DNA of 64,000 nucleotides from Camelus dromedarius (Eukaryota): NCBI RefSeq assembly GCF_036321535.1, contig NC_087437.1:72294001-72358000 (forward strand), in the 5' to 3' direction. The position numbers were made by a program, and so were the translations under genes. The notes under the pieces were generated by a model. That model searched no databases. It had not been told where the DNA came from and worked only from the letters and a program-made list of their open reading frames with translations. This document shows, in pieces, positions 1-13,244 of the stretch. Every line of letters begins with the position of its first letter. Position 1 is the first letter of the stretch.

Positions 1-390
1 CGGATACTCTAATGTGTTATTTCATTAGTCTCTTGTGCTAGGTACACTGCTGCTCACTTTCTCTCCGGTTGTGTAGTGATCAGGAACCGGCTTAGTCTCA
101 GAGGTAGGAAAGTGAGCCGAGGACATGTGTGGTGAGGAAGGCATAAACCTTTTCCAATAAAAAGAGTGAAGTTAAGAAGAAATCCTCATGGAAGGGGAAG
201 GCAGTTGTTTAATGGATTCAGAACTCAAAACATCAGCGGAGGTACTGTTGCAGGAGAGAGTTTGTAAATCAGTGAGCCCTCTAGGCTCTGGCTTCCCTGG
301 AGCTCACCTGAATTCCCCCAAACTCCCTATCCTCTGGGCCAAGGGAAGAAACACCTTTATATATTATACTTTCTATTTATTCCTCAACAG

Positions 391-539
391 CAATATTATG
401 AGGTGCCTATAGCAATGAAGTCTGTGTTCGATTTGATCGATACTTTCCAGTCCCGAATCAAAGACATGGAAAAGCAGAAGAAGGAAGGCATTGTTTGCAA
501 AGAAGACAAGAAGCAGTCACTGGAGAACTTCCTGTCCAG
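391..539 (+). CDS. CCDC80: CCDC80 internal coding exon (QYYEVPIAMKSVFDLIDTFQSRIKDMEKQKKEGIVCKEDKKQSLENFLS-R)
   Basis: Acceptor tcctcaacag|CAA, donor AG|gtacat; 149 nt. Translation matches recalled CCDC80 (DRO1/URB) C-terminal region and is phase-compatible with the next exon. Confidence 0.96.
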
Positions 540-1325
540 GTACATCACTTTGGAGACCTCCAGGAGGCAGGCAGGAGTGTGTTTTGAGTGAGCTAATGAG
601 AACCCCCAGAAACTCAGAGCAGACAAATGTGTGCCGAGTCAGCTTCCCTGATGAGAGGTCTGTCTGCTTCCGGGCACTCTGGCCACTTGGCTTAGTCTGG
701 TCCTGTTGGAAGTGGCTCTGGTTGCATGGCTGGCTGGGGTCAGCTCCAGGCTGGATTGTTGATTTGGTAGCTTTGGATAGGTCTTCTCTCCCTTTTCTGT
801 TCCTTTTTTGGCACAGACACAGAATTCTGACCTCTTGTGAGGGTTAATTTTTTCAGCCAGTCAATTTGGAAGGCTTTATATACAGTATTTTTTTTTCATA
901 TATTTATTAGGTCCCTTCTAGTTCCAAACAGAATTTGGAACACTGTGCTTGATTTTCTGCTTCCTTCCAACTGCAGAGACCAACAAAAGCTCCACTAAGT
1001 CCTGAAGAGGAGAAATTCTCTTGACTCAGGTCCCTGATTCCTTGGGGAGTGTGGTTTGTTGAAAACCACTGTAGGGAAACTTTGGTACATACACACAAGA
1101 AAAAGAAAAAAAAAAATCACCCTACTTCTTCCCTTCTCCGTCCTATCCCCCATGTTGGATGAAAATTCTACAAATCTTTGGGACCTTAGGAAGTACAAAG
1201 CTGCAGAAATTTCACCCCCAATGTCAAGAATTCCATGATTTTAGTAAACGGATAATCTGAATTCCTCTAGATTCGGGAGGCTTGGGTCTCTTAGGAGATA
1301 ACATCATAATGTGTAAAGAGCATAG

Positions 1326-1978
1326 TGATATCGGAAAAATGAGCATGGGGCGAGAGGAGGGCCATGTCCTAGGTCCCAAGTGAGTCCATGGGATGTGCCT
1401 CGCCAAGTATGGGTCTTTGGCTTTGCGCAGGAAAGAATTTAAGAGCCAGCTACAACAGAGTAAAGATAGATTTATTTAGAGAGATACATACTACATAGAG
1501 TGTAGGCTGTTTCAGAAGGCAAGAGAAAGGCCACGCGGTGTTGGGGTTGGATGCTCAGGTTAAAGTAAAAGTAGGCACACACTCCATAGACAGAGTGCAG
1601 GCCGTCTCCAAAGACAAGGGAGCGAGAGAGGCTGCCAGGCACAATGTTGCCAGTTTTTATAGTAGCTTCACATGCCAACAAGTGGGAGGACCATTCCAAC
1701 TACCCTGGGGAAGGGACTGGGATTCCCAGGAACTGGGCCACCGCCCACTCTTTGACCTTTTATGGTCAACCTCGAAGCTGTCATGGCGCCTGTGGGAGTG
1801 TCATTTACCACGTTGATGTATTACAATGAGCATATAATGAAACTCAAGATATACTAGAAGTCAAGTCTCCCATCTGGAGCCTCAAGCCCTACTGGGAGTT
1901 GAATCTTCCATCATTTTTTGGTGTTAATTGCTGTCATTCTTTGAATGGCTGTGCCCTGTCCCCTTTCTTCCTGTTTCA
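1326..1978 (-). mobile_element. ERV1 solo LTR, MER41-like
   Basis: TG...CA ends (minus strand starts TGAAACAGGAAG); near-TSD ATAG/TTAG. Blocks such as gcgcaggaaagaatt, actccatagacagag and ctgtcatggcgcctgtgggagtg resemble recalled MER41 consensus. Confidence 0.75.
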
Positions 1979-3974
1979 TTAGGACTTACCATTCACCCAG
2001 GTTTTCAGTTTGCAATTTCCTAGGTATGTTCCCTCTGTGCTTCTCAACTAACTTGCTTTAAAAATCTCTCACCCCTGAGAGTAGGGGTAGAGAGTAGCCT
2101 TACCTCCATCCCAAGGCTGCTGTAATCATCTTTTGTGAGTTCACCTCTGTGCCAACCACTTCATCTTCCCTCCTGAGTTTAATCTTCACAACAATCCCGT
2201 GATCTAAATACTGCAGCTCCTGTTGTGTTGCAGACAAGATAGGTGAGGCTAATGGAGATTAAATAACTTTCTGTTGTCACTGAGCTGGTGTCAGTTCTGG
2301 AACTTAGTGGTCCTGGGATAATCTGGGTCCCAAAGTCTACATTCTTATCTAACACTCTTTTTGAAAATATAACGTGAATTATTTTTAGTGGGAACCCAGA
2401 GGCCCAGAGTTTGAAGTGAAGAGAGATACCCCCAAATCACAGGATTTCAGAGCGGAAAGGAACTGAAGTTCTTCCTTCATCCAAATTTTCAGTGCAGTGC
2501 AGGATCTGGAGTGGAGATGAAAGGTACATGCCTCCTTGAAGACTGAAGGCCATGCTCTTGACTGAGAAAGGGCTCTAGGGTGCTTCTGGGCAGATTGCAC
2601 CTTCTCCAGTCCTGGGGCACGAAAAACCGACTTCTAATGCAAGGCCGTCCCTCTGACAACAGTGATGTAGACTATCGATGATAAGAGCCTGTTGCCCTTG
2701 GGGTTCCTTCTTCCCCTCCTTTCCCTCCCCACCCCTTTCCTCCTCTTCACTTCTTTTACTTTTCTCTCCTTTTTTTTCCAAGCAGAAAAGATTCTTTAGA
2801 TGTTTACTTTTGATTTTAATAATTAGTGTTAAATACATCCAAGTTATAAATTCAAGACCTTAGTTTTCTCTTAAACCTTTAAGTTAGGCTTTAAAATTTT
2901 ATTATTCTATATGTAACCTAGAAAATTTTAGCTCTCACTTTTAAGGGGCTTTGAATAATGTTTGATCTCACTTACAGACTCAGTAATTAAATATCATTAT
3001 GCCAAATAGCCATTTTTCATTTAATACGTTTCTTTCGGTTGCTTGAAATAAACAAGCAAAACTTTTCTGGGTACTTAAATGATCCGTAAGTTTAATAAAT
3101 TAATCTTGTAAATACAGTGAATCTAAAGTTTTCTCAGATATTTCAATAACTGCATATACTTAGTAAGATTTCAACTCAAAACCATACATCTAAACCAGTT
3201 AATTATACATTCTAATTTGGAGTCTCAAGGCTGTCATTTTATTAAAGCAAGTTTTAAGTTTCACAAGAACATAAATTATATAAAGAAAACCAGTATCCTT
3301 CTTCAAAATGTGTGTTATTACTATGATTTCGATTCTTTGCAAACTTCTCCTTAATTCTCAACCTTCCCGGACTAAAAAGATGCATACCTACTGAACCAAC
3401 CCGTTAAACTCAGATTACCCTGTCTCTAAAGCAGACCGTTACCATCCAGTTCATTGATATTATTTATAACCAAGGATTGGGGCCAGCCATGAGACCTGCA
3501 AGTACAGACATTCTGAGGGATTATTCTCACTATTTCCAGGCAGAGTGTCTTTTTATTACCACAGTGTCATGGGCTTCAGAACTTGAAAGGGAAAGCTGAC
3601 ATGATCTCACTTCTGTTCACTCACAGAGCTTGCAGTGCTTATTCAGGTTGCTCACTGATTTGAATTTGTATTTTCTTTGATCCTTCAGACATGATACATA
3701 TTTTGCATCTAAAGTCTTTTGAACTGGATAGGGCCCTTTGATATATAAATATATTTTTCCATCTAATGTAAGAGCCTTATGGGCTCTTATATTCATTGCT
3801 ATTTCAGGAGCATACATTCTTAATGACTATCCAGAGTGGCATGTAACTGTAATTTAGATGTCCTATGGCTGTTCTGACTTGTGGTCACAACTCATGAAAT
3901 CATTGCTCTGGTAATGATCTCTGATCTTAAAAATTAAACTGAAACAACATATTACTTACAGGCACGAGCAAGGC

Positions 3975-4187
3975 AGCCCTGAACTGGATTCCTGGTTTCT
4001 CCACGTATTAGCTGTGTGACCTTGGGCTAATTGCTTGATCTCTTTGCGCTTTAGTTTTTTCATTTGCAAAATGGGGCTAGTAAGTTTATTCAGTCTTAAG
4101 ATTGTTATAAAAGGTAAATTCAGTACTAAAGGTAATGATGGCCCAGAATTTAGCACAAAGAAGTAATCAATAAATACTGGCTATTAG
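3975..4187 (+). mobile_element. MIR SINE
   Basis: Core tagctgtgtgaccttgggc...catttgcaaaatgggg and 3' caataaatactggctatta. Confidence 0.8.
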
Positions 4188-4222
4188 TACAAAGGCCAGT
4201 TATTCAGGTCTTAGAGAACTTT

Positions 4223-4274
4223 TGTCATCAAAAGAGAGACAGGAGGAGATGTCATCAAAAGAGACAGGAGGAGA
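4223..4274 (+). repeat. Short tandem duplication (27 + 25 bp)
   Basis: tgtcatcaaaagagagacaggaggaga followed by tgtcatcaaaagagacaggaggaga. Confidence 0.95.
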
Positions 4275-5529
4275 TTAACACCTTCAGAATCGAAACCCAG
4301 GATAAGAGAACTGAAAAGAATTTTTTTTTAAATAACAGTTCTATAAATAAACTAGTAGCCAAATGGGAATTTTCCTTGAAATTTGCTGAATGTACAGCCT
4401 GGTTTCAGCTGACCAGACTCTGAAGCCGGTCTGGTCTTTAGCGACACTGATCTGGTTCAGGCTATAATTACCTTTCTCTGAGACAGAAGCCCCAAAGACT
4501 GGGCAAATGCACAGTAATTTGGGAATGCCAGTTAAGAGAAGCAAACACATGCCTAGCTTGTGGAATTTTTATTTACTGACAAGCTAAAGTAACAGAAAAA
4601 CAATTTGTCCAAAATAAGGATCTGGGGCCACAGTCACACCTCTTGTTACTTCCCACAGAGGTTAGCTCCTTTCATGCTGACTTGTATCTTAATGTGAAGG
4701 TCTGTGGGACACAGAACATTACTTAGGGGAAATGACCTTCTCTTGGCTGTGTCTGTGACAGGGAGCCTCAGTTTCCATCCCTCTCCAACCTGACAGTATT
4801 CAGTGGTGCGTAGATAAACAGGCCAAAATATACCTCACCCAAAATAGCTCCCTCCAAGATCCCCTGCAGCTCTGCGTGGGGCCAGAAAGGCTGGCCTGGC
4901 TTGGGTGCGGGCTGCGGGGCCAGCGCTGGTCTGGCATGCCTCCTAAGGAAGCAGGGAAAGTGCGGGAGACTGTTTTTTGTGATCCGACAGCAGTCACTGT
5001 TCCCTTTCCCACGAAGCCTCGGACAGTCTCAGACCCTCCTCTTCCCTCCTTTGTGCCAAACACATTCATCTTCCTATCCTCAGTGGGGATTTTCGTTTTT
5101 CTTTCCCTTTGAAGAAAAACAAGCAGAGGAAGTGAACGTAATGTCACAGCAAGCAATTCTTGGCGAGCCTTGCTACAGGCGTCCATTCAGAGGTTGGATT
5201 TCATCAGACTATCATTTTCTCTCATTCACCCAAACCACTATTCCCCCAAGAGGCCATTTTCTTTGGGACTGAAAACTCTTCATGTTCACTCTGAGGCTAG
5301 AAGGGGCACAGGGAGGGAAGCCGTGAATAAAATCGACTGGCTTCCAGCTCAGTGAGCGCACTAACATCCCGCAGTCACCAGCACGGAAGGCAGAAAGCAA
5401 AACCCCTTCTTCAGCGAGGGTGGAACTTGAGACAGCTATACTCACTTGCCTCTTGGATGCAACCCCTCTCTCCTTCCTACCCTCTTAGGGACCCTGACAG
5501 CACCAGCCAAGAATCAGCACCTCTGCAAG

Positions 5530-5690
5530 TAGTGGATGAAGGAAAGCACTGGCCCAGGAGTCAGAGAAATCTGTACTTTGGTCCCATCTATTAGATTTAC
5601 TCAACTTAGTCAAGTTGCCTCCCTTATCTGAGCCTCATTTTGTTATCTGTAAAATGGGGAAATTAAGTCAAGCCCTCCTTGAACTCTAGT
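5530..5690 (+). mobile_element. MIR fragment
   Basis: aaagcactggcccaggagtcagaga...ctgagcctcattttgttatctgtaaaatgggg. Confidence 0.75.
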
Positions 5691-6837
5691 GAGCAGGAAT
5701 GCATATTGTATAGATGAATGTGAGCTATAAAATGATACACAAACATAAGGATTAAATTGGTTACCGCATGGCATCATGATAGATAATGTCCAAGGTCTGT
5801 TAGTAGACAAATGTTAATGGACTTTATCCATTTGTAGGACAGAGTTCTCAATCTAGAAGCCTGCAGGTTTAAACATGATCTATATCCATGCCATCACATG
5901 GATAAATTACAGTGATGGGTTTTAGAGTTTAATTCTTATAACACCTCCTTGAAGTAGATGTGCTTTTTGGCTCTAGAGCTAAGGGAAAACTTAGATAAAT
6001 TGAGTGACATGCTCAAGGAACCCCAAAAGAAGCAGTGACAAAACATGGACCAACTTTCCCTGCTATAAGGCAAAAGCTCTTTCTACTGCCCTGCTGTGCG
6101 GGAGCTGTGAGAGTAGAAACAAGGTTACTATACATTCTAAGATCCTATGGCTCAAGTTTTAGCCCCATTCTACTTCATAGGGGTGCTCTGTGAATGGTGG
6201 TTCTTGCTGTGAGGTGAGCGTATATTTTAGACCGAGCATTTGCTCCTGGGAGAACCACTGGCTATTGAGGAAGTTACGTAGGGCCTTGTTTTTCCAGGAA
6301 CCCTCCTTAACCCTTTGAGACACTTTCCCATTTTCCTTCTTCTTGTCACTGTCACCTACTTAAAATTTATCAGGTTTTTTTTTTTTTTTTCCTGTGCTGT
6401 TTCCTATCCATATATTCATTTCTTAAGTACCCCTCCCCCAAACCCTAGGGACTCCACCAGAACTTGAGTTTTTTCCGGTTGTCTTCTAATTCCCTTATTT
6501 TTGTGGCTACCATTTAACATCCAATATTGGCCATTTTTCACTGTATCTGAGAACTTCGTCTCCCCCTCGGTGACCTCATCAGGGATGGTGAGCAGACTCA
6601 TGCCTGACGCATCATGCAAATGCCACAGTGGGCAGATGGTGAAGTTACAAGAGAAAAAATGCAAGAAAGGTGGTGATACAGTTTAATATTGGGCTTTGAG
6701 GAACTATGGAATATTTCTAAGGGTCACAGTTTTTTATTCTGGGTGCAAGAAAGAAAATGACAGCCAAAGTTACTCTGCTTTTCCACACTGGCCTCTATTA
6801 TTTGAAGCAGTAATTGCAGCTTCTGCTTCTTTTCCAG

Positions 6838-6941
6838 GTTCCGATGGAGGAGGCGGTTGCTGGTGATCTCTGCTCCTAATGATGAAGACTGGGCCTATTC
6901 ACAGCAGCTCTCTGCCCTCAGTGGTCAGGCATGCAATTTTG
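6838..6941 (+). CDS. CCDC80: CCDC80 internal coding exon (FRWRRRLLVISAPNDEDWAYSQQLSALSGQACNF)
   Basis: Acceptor cttttccag|G, donor G|gtgagc; 104 nt. Start of the last DUF4174-type repeat. Confidence 0.96.
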
Positions 6942-9336
6942 GTGAGCGGGCAGCCTCGTCATCACTGCCCTCCCACACCAGTCTCTTCCTGGTCAATTCT
7001 AAAATGGAACAGAGCAGCTTAGGTCATCCAAATACTCCCCAGCCCAGACTGGAGATTCCCAGACACTTACTCAATTATACTGGGTATAAAGTTGCTTTCA
7101 GACTGGAGCCCTAGTCAACTGGGGTCTGGTTTTTTTTTTTTTTTTCTCCCTCAATATTCTGCCCCCTCAGATTCTTTACTGAAGTGTTTGAAAATACCTG
7201 CTGCTTCACTTGCAGTGATCTGTATCATGTGTCTTCTTGTTTATCTTTTAAAAATTTGCCTCAAGATCATAAAACTCAGGTATCATTCTTTACTTAGGTC
7301 ATACTTAGGTGTCAACACTGAGTCCTTCTCCATAGATTAAACATCTTTTGTAAAACAGGAATGGCTTTGGAAGTTAATGTAGGAACTGAAGCACATACTG
7401 CCATTCTCCTAGAAAGGATTTTGATCTCTAATTGGGCACCAAAAAGACAGTAGGACCTGGTAAACAGAACCTTATGTTTTAAGACAAGCAGGTCAAAGAG
7501 AACTGCAATTTATTATTATTATCGCTACTTGTAGTGAACTGCTCAATGTTTTGAAAACTAATGTATGCTTTCCTTACCAAACATTGTAATCCCACTGGCC
7601 TGAAAGAGCTAACATCATTTTGAATATGGACATATAAAAAGGAAATGCATAATATTGGGAACTTACTACTAAGTTCAATGGTGGACCAAAGAGATAATGG
7701 CAGTTTCAAAAGTGGAAATCACCACTGAATCTCGTTTAAGATACACCTCCGCAGAGGAAGAATTTTGAAAGAGCCATGGGGCAGGGAGAGTGAAGTAGCT
7801 AGGGGCCACAGATTAACAAATTCATATTTGGAACATAGGTGAATGTATTATTTTGATACTTCTATCAGGAAGAAGAATCATTTATTAGTTATAAAACTGT
7901 GCTTGATTTATAAAAGGTGGGGTGGTGGTATAAGTTTTAAAAAGCATTAACAGAGCCTGGGCCCTTGCTATGACCCAGTACTGTAAATTATAAATACATT
8001 TCAGTTTTAAGATGTGAAATAATAACTCAAAAGAAGGCAGAAAACAAGCTCATAACAGTAAGAACAATTAGAAAATTTGTGAATTTTTATTTACACCCCT
8101 ATTTATGACTTTATATCAACATATGTAAGATTTGGTTGTGCCAGTATTCTTAAGCATAATTTAAATTATTCATAGCTACCAACAGTTCTGTGTAAGACAG
8201 AAGTTCTTAAAGAATTTAATGACTCTCCACTATAAGAATATAAATAAAATTATGGTTTGTTAATCATTTTCTAAAGACATCTTTGCAGCAGCTATTAGGT
8301 GGGGTTTCATTCTGTGTATCTGCAACACAGAACCTCAGTCAAACTCTTTTGTGATAGACAGGAAATGTGAGCAAGTCATGTTTTCCAGGAAAAATTAAAT
8401 GTAGAACAGAAATGCTTCCCTTCTCTGGGAGAAGAGTAAAGGCCATAACAATTTTTTGGAATAGCATTTTGCCTGGATTTCAGCTTTTCCTTAAAAGAGC
8501 CTCCCATGGCTGCTTTCAATTTTCTGCCCTGGACAATCAGCACCATCAACATTCATATTTATTGGTTCCAAGCTATTAGTGTGACTAGGCTGGGATTTTG
8601 TCTAAACCATGCAACCTTGACAGGATGAATCGACAGCCCCCTTGTCCTCCTGTGTTCTTTCTTCTGAATCCCCTCACGTGCGCTGCGTCTTCAAAAGAAT
8701 TCCAACAAGCTACCAAGGCATGACTTTCTCTCCTTTCCTGAAACTTTAGCTGAGGGTGGGAAGCAAGCCGTGCCTGCCTGAGTGCTACCCCTTTGAGTCT
8801 TTTAAATAAGTGATAAGAACCTGTCCTTTAAACCCAGAGCCTTTTGTTTGAAAAAGCCTGAACGATTTCTTAAACAATCATGATGGCTGGGGTCTATGGT
8901 CTTTCTTCTGAGAGAAAGTTAAAAATTCTCCCCATGTTAACTGTTACAACTTCAGGCATGACTTTTTTTTTGGAGGGGGACACTAATGAGCTTAGATCAT
9001 CTCAGATATTTTAAAGCTCCAATTGCTTTATTTTTGTTTTGTCATTTGACAGAGTGAGAATCCCAGTTTAAAGAGCGAATTCTTCTATTTTAACCTACAA
9101 AAACAAAACAAAACCACAGCTGACCCTGCTGTTAATCCTAAAATCTGCACTTGGTCTTTTTCAAGGTTTTATAAGTATTTAAATACTTTTTTAATAGAAA
9201 AACTTAAAAATGAATTATTTTACCTGATCAGGTTATGGTCTATGTTCTTTTTAAACTTAGAAAATTTTAACTTTCAGACGTCCAGTCTTTGGAAGGAGGA
9301 CTTAACGAATTCTACGACATTCCTTTTTTCTTTCAG

Positions 9337-9417
9337 GTCTGCGCCACATAACCATTTTGAAGCTTTTAGGTGTTGGAGAGGAAATAGGGGGCGTTTTAGA
9401 ACTGTTTCCGATTAATG
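9337..9417 (+). CDS. CCDC80: CCDC80 penultimate coding exon (G-LRHITILKLLGVGEEIGGVLELFPIN)
   Basis: Acceptor ttctttcag|GT, donor G|gtaaag; 81 nt, in phase with both neighbours. Confidence 0.96.
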
Positions 9418-9542
9418 GTAAAGTATTGTTGCCTTAAAACGGTATGAACTATGATAAATTCAGTTAAATTGTATTAGGCTGTATGTAAGCAGCGGGTGTA
9501 CCCCTCAGGTGAAGAAAGGTCACTAAATCCTCCGTTCTCACA

Positions 9543-9574
9543 TGTGCGTGTGCATGTGTGTGTGTGTGTGTGCA
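9543..9574. repeat. (TG)n / alternating purine-pyrimidine microsatellite
   Basis: tgtgcgtgtgcatgtgtgtgtgtgtgtgtgca. Confidence 0.9.
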
Positions 9575-9699
9575 CAGGATGCGTGTAGCAGGAGGGGAAG
9601 TGGGGCACAAGCACTAATACTGTTTTTAACATAAACTCATTGCTAAGTGACAGCAAAAGTATCCATTTTCTTGATTGAAATCTGTAATTCTTTTTTGTC

Positions 9700-9915
9700 T
9701 GCATAGAGCTTTATCTGTTTGCAAAGCACTTTCATCTATATTATCTCATTTAATTCTCACAATAGTTTTATGAGGCACAAAGGTCATATCTCACTGATTC
9801 CCTTTCAACAGATGAGGACATAGACTGAGAGGCTCAGAGAAGCTAAAAGAAAATGACCTGTGACTAAAGGTTTCAGAAAGGAAGTCCAGTCCTTCCGTCC
9901 AAGACCAAGCTCTTT
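9700..9915 (-). mobile_element. MIR SINE
   Basis: caaagcactttcat...atctcatttaattctcacaa...acagatgagg...actgagaggctcagaga. Confidence 0.8.
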
Positions 9916-10503
9916 GCCTGAGATAATGTGTGTAAAGTCCCTGGCACAATGCTGGAGACAGCGGGCACCCAGGAAGTCTCAGCACCCTTTCCCCTCCCCT
10001 TTCTTCTTTTTACTAATCATAATAGTTTAAAAACATTCATCCAGCTCTTAGGTAATTGGTATTTCTCACCTTTGACAATGAAATAAGGTTTTTGTTATAA
10101 AGACAACAGCATCAAAAGGAAAACGGTAATTGCAAAGAAGAAACTAAGCTAATTGGAAATAAACTTAAAAATATTAACAATGTAATCTTTATTAGTGACA
10201 AATTTTAAAGAAATTAATCTTGCCAGGATTAAATGAAGGGACTGTTCTTACATTTTGTAATATTCCCATAAAGAGACATCATGTGCCCCAAAGTTTGACA
10301 CTAACAATGTTGCATAATGGCAGGAACATTTAATTTCTAGTAGAAAAACCATCAAACTTTAATTGGATTTTTGAGCTAAAAAGAACAGATTCCTGGGCCC
10401 TCTCTCTATTCTCGTGAATACAGATTTCTGTTTCTTCTCACTTTGATGCTTTGCTGAGTGCTGCCTCTTTAATTCACTAACAACTTTTCTAATCCTATTC
10501 TAG

Positions 10504-10850
10504 GGAGCTCTGTTGTGGAACGAGAAGACGTACCAGCCCATTTGGTGAAAGACATACGTAACTATTTTCAAGTGAGCCCAGAGTACTTCTCCATGCTTCT
10601 AGTCGGAAAAGATGGAAATGTGAAATCCTGGTATCCTTCCCCAATGTGGTCCATGGTGATTGTGTATGATTTAATTGATTCGATGCAACTCCGGAGACAG
10701 GAAATGGCCATTCAGCAGTCCCTGGGGATGCGCTGCCCGGAAGATGAGTATGCAGGCTATGGTTACCATAGTTACCACCAAGGATACCAGGATGGTTACC
10801 AGGATGACTACCGTCACCATGAGAGTTACCACCATGGATACCCTTACTGA
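10504..10850 (+). CDS. CCDC80: CCDC80 last coding exon (G-SSVVEREDVPAH...YHHGYPY*)
   Basis: Acceptor attctag|GG; ORF 10515-10850 ends in the Tyr/His/Gly/Asp-rich C-terminus; TGA at 10848-10850. Confidence 0.97.
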
Positions 10851-10982
10851 ACAGAAATATGTAACCTTAGCCCCAGCCAGTTTTCTCTGCAGCTCTTAAA
10901 GGCACATGTGGCCAGCTACGTAAAGGAGAGTTTTTCCACACTGCCTACATTCCCTGCCTTTTTCTTTCAGTGTTCTTCCAAG

Positions 10983-10992
10983 ATTAAATAAA
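10983..10992 (+). terminator. Candidate proximal poly(A) signal of CCDC80 (overlapping ATTAAA/AATAAA)
   Basis: ATTAAATAAA about 135 nt after the stop; a further AATAAA at 11680-11685. Usage cannot be shown from sequence. Confidence 0.4.
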
Positions 10993-13244
10993 TAGCAAAC
11001 TTTTGCCTACTCATGAGTTGTTATTGAAGCTTTACATCATAAAGACATTTAAAAGAATAGTTTCTCTAACTGGTGGGGATCTGCTGCTGAATAATGGCAT
11101 TGAAAATGGATATTTTCCTTTTCTTAACATGGTGGACATGATTTGGAATACAAAATTCTGTAGAATAAGTATTTATACCTCTCTTTTACTCTTTTTTAGT
11201 ATTAATTGGTAAGTGAAAACTATGATTGTTAAAGGAAATTAAAGATCACAGCACAGAGGTTTTCAGATGAACAGCTGAGCAGATGAAACAGACACAGCAG
11301 CTGGTTTCTTTACCCTTTCTGACCTGTCAGTCTAAAAATGATTAAGATGACTCTACTTTATCCTGTGAGTTTCCTCGCTGAGGCTTGATACCACAGGAGT
11401 CCAGTGATTTTGGCTGCCAAAGCCAGGGGAAAGCCAGAGCTCAGCTTTGTTATCATAGCCACTTCCTGCTCTGCTTCTGTTATCTTTAGTGTCTGTTCAG
11501 AGAGAGAGCAGGGGGAAGGAACCTCTGAATCGCCACCAGAATCTGGCCCTGCAGCTAGAGGTGATCCCTTCAGCGTTCTGTTAGTTACCACGGAGTTCCC
11601 GGCAAGGGAAACCTGGGCTCCACACGCCGGGCTCCCGTCCTCACTGCTGGTGGGCTTTTCCCGTACTGGCACCTTGTAAAATAAAATGACCAAGAAAGGG
11701 ATTACATTCAGGGGTTCGTTCTGTTTTCAAAGGAAAATGTTCCTAAATTAGAGTGGATAAAATTGTAGCTGGAGTGCAAAATGTAATCCTTGTCTGTGAA
11801 ATAGAGCACTTATGTTTTACATATGGCATATAAACTAAGTAGCCTCCTTTCCTCCCTCCCTCTTTCTCTTCATTCCTTCTTTCCTACCTTTCTTTTTTTC
11901 AGCAAACTGTAACCAAGTAACATTATTTTTATTATTTCATCTTCCAAAAATACTAGTTAGATAGGAATAATAGAAAATTTACTTAGAGAATAATATTAAT
12001 ACATTTCTAGCTCCTGTACACAAAGGAAGACAATGCTTTTTCATAACCTGAGATAAGTTTTTCAAGCATATATGCTGATATTCTCATCAGCAATGCATCT
12101 GAACTCTCCTTCCTCTAATGAGTGGGCGAAGTTGTGGATAATCATTTGGAATTCTGTAGGATAAGCCGTAGCTCAGCAAAGGGGCTGAAACACACTCAGA
12201 GGAAGATGTTATTGGTGATGTGCTCAAATCCTATAATCTGGAAAAATATAGAGTAAATGTCGGCAAATGGGAGGACTGGAGATTTAGGTAACCTGAATCT
12301 GTCTTGGAGTGATATAGATCAGGTGGTTCGAAATCTGAGTATTGCTTTTCTACAAAAGCATTTCCTTCTAAAAACCAGCAACAACAACAACAAAAGGTAA
12401 GAAACAAATAAAATATGGTTTCTGAGAAAGATTATGGATTCATGGAATTTAGAAAGTGAAGCACCAGTTGAGTTAGGGAAATCTGGAAGACTCTGAAATG
12501 GACACAGCCTCACCGAAGTGACTGTTTTTCATGATTCCCTTCCATGAATTTCCAATAGTTGCTTTTCACCAGAGAAATCCCAGGGCTCTGAGGGGAGTAC
12601 TAATTCAGCAGATAGGTCCTTCCCCTGCTACAGAGGCTGGCAGCCCAGGGGAGTCGGTGGAGCCCGGCTGGTCTCATTTTCTGGAATAGAGTTAACAATG
12701 AAGCTCACACCTTCTCAGCTCTGAGAGCCTTGAGGATAAAAGTAGCCTAGGATTAGGGTGAATGGTGGCCCCAGCTGACCCTGGCTGATGATCTCAGTAC
12801 TCAGCACTGTATGGAGATTCCAGAAAAAGAGAAGCCTCTTAAAAAGAACCTCTGTCCTTTCTCTGCCACCACTAACTCCCGTTTCCCTGCCCATTGCTTT
12901 TCTTTCCCCCTTTCTCCTCCACGGCAGCTCTGTACTTAATGGTTTGGGGTGTGCAGATAGAGGGTGTGGTTGGTGAGTACTCTCAATGTCAAATGAAGCT
13001 CAGTGAAAATGCTGACTCCTTCTCTTTAGTCCTCTCAGAGTGGGTGCCAAGCTCCCAATGCCAGACTTTCCCCTTAGTTCTGAACATGTTATTAAGAATG
13101 TAAGAAATCAAGGTTGGGGTGGTGTTTCCTGGTGGTCTCAGCCTGTCCACGGTGGTGCTGTCAGCTAGGAATGCCTGGGGCCCTCACCTGGGTCTGTGCT
13201 ACGTGGGGCAGCCCCTACAGGTGTCTCCCCTGTGGAGCCAGTGT

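Noticed and set aside
11358..11693. Antisense 111-aa and sense 91-aa ORFs downstream of the CCDC80 stop
   Set aside because: Non-ATG starts, no recognisable domain; consistent with chance in 3' UTR sequence.
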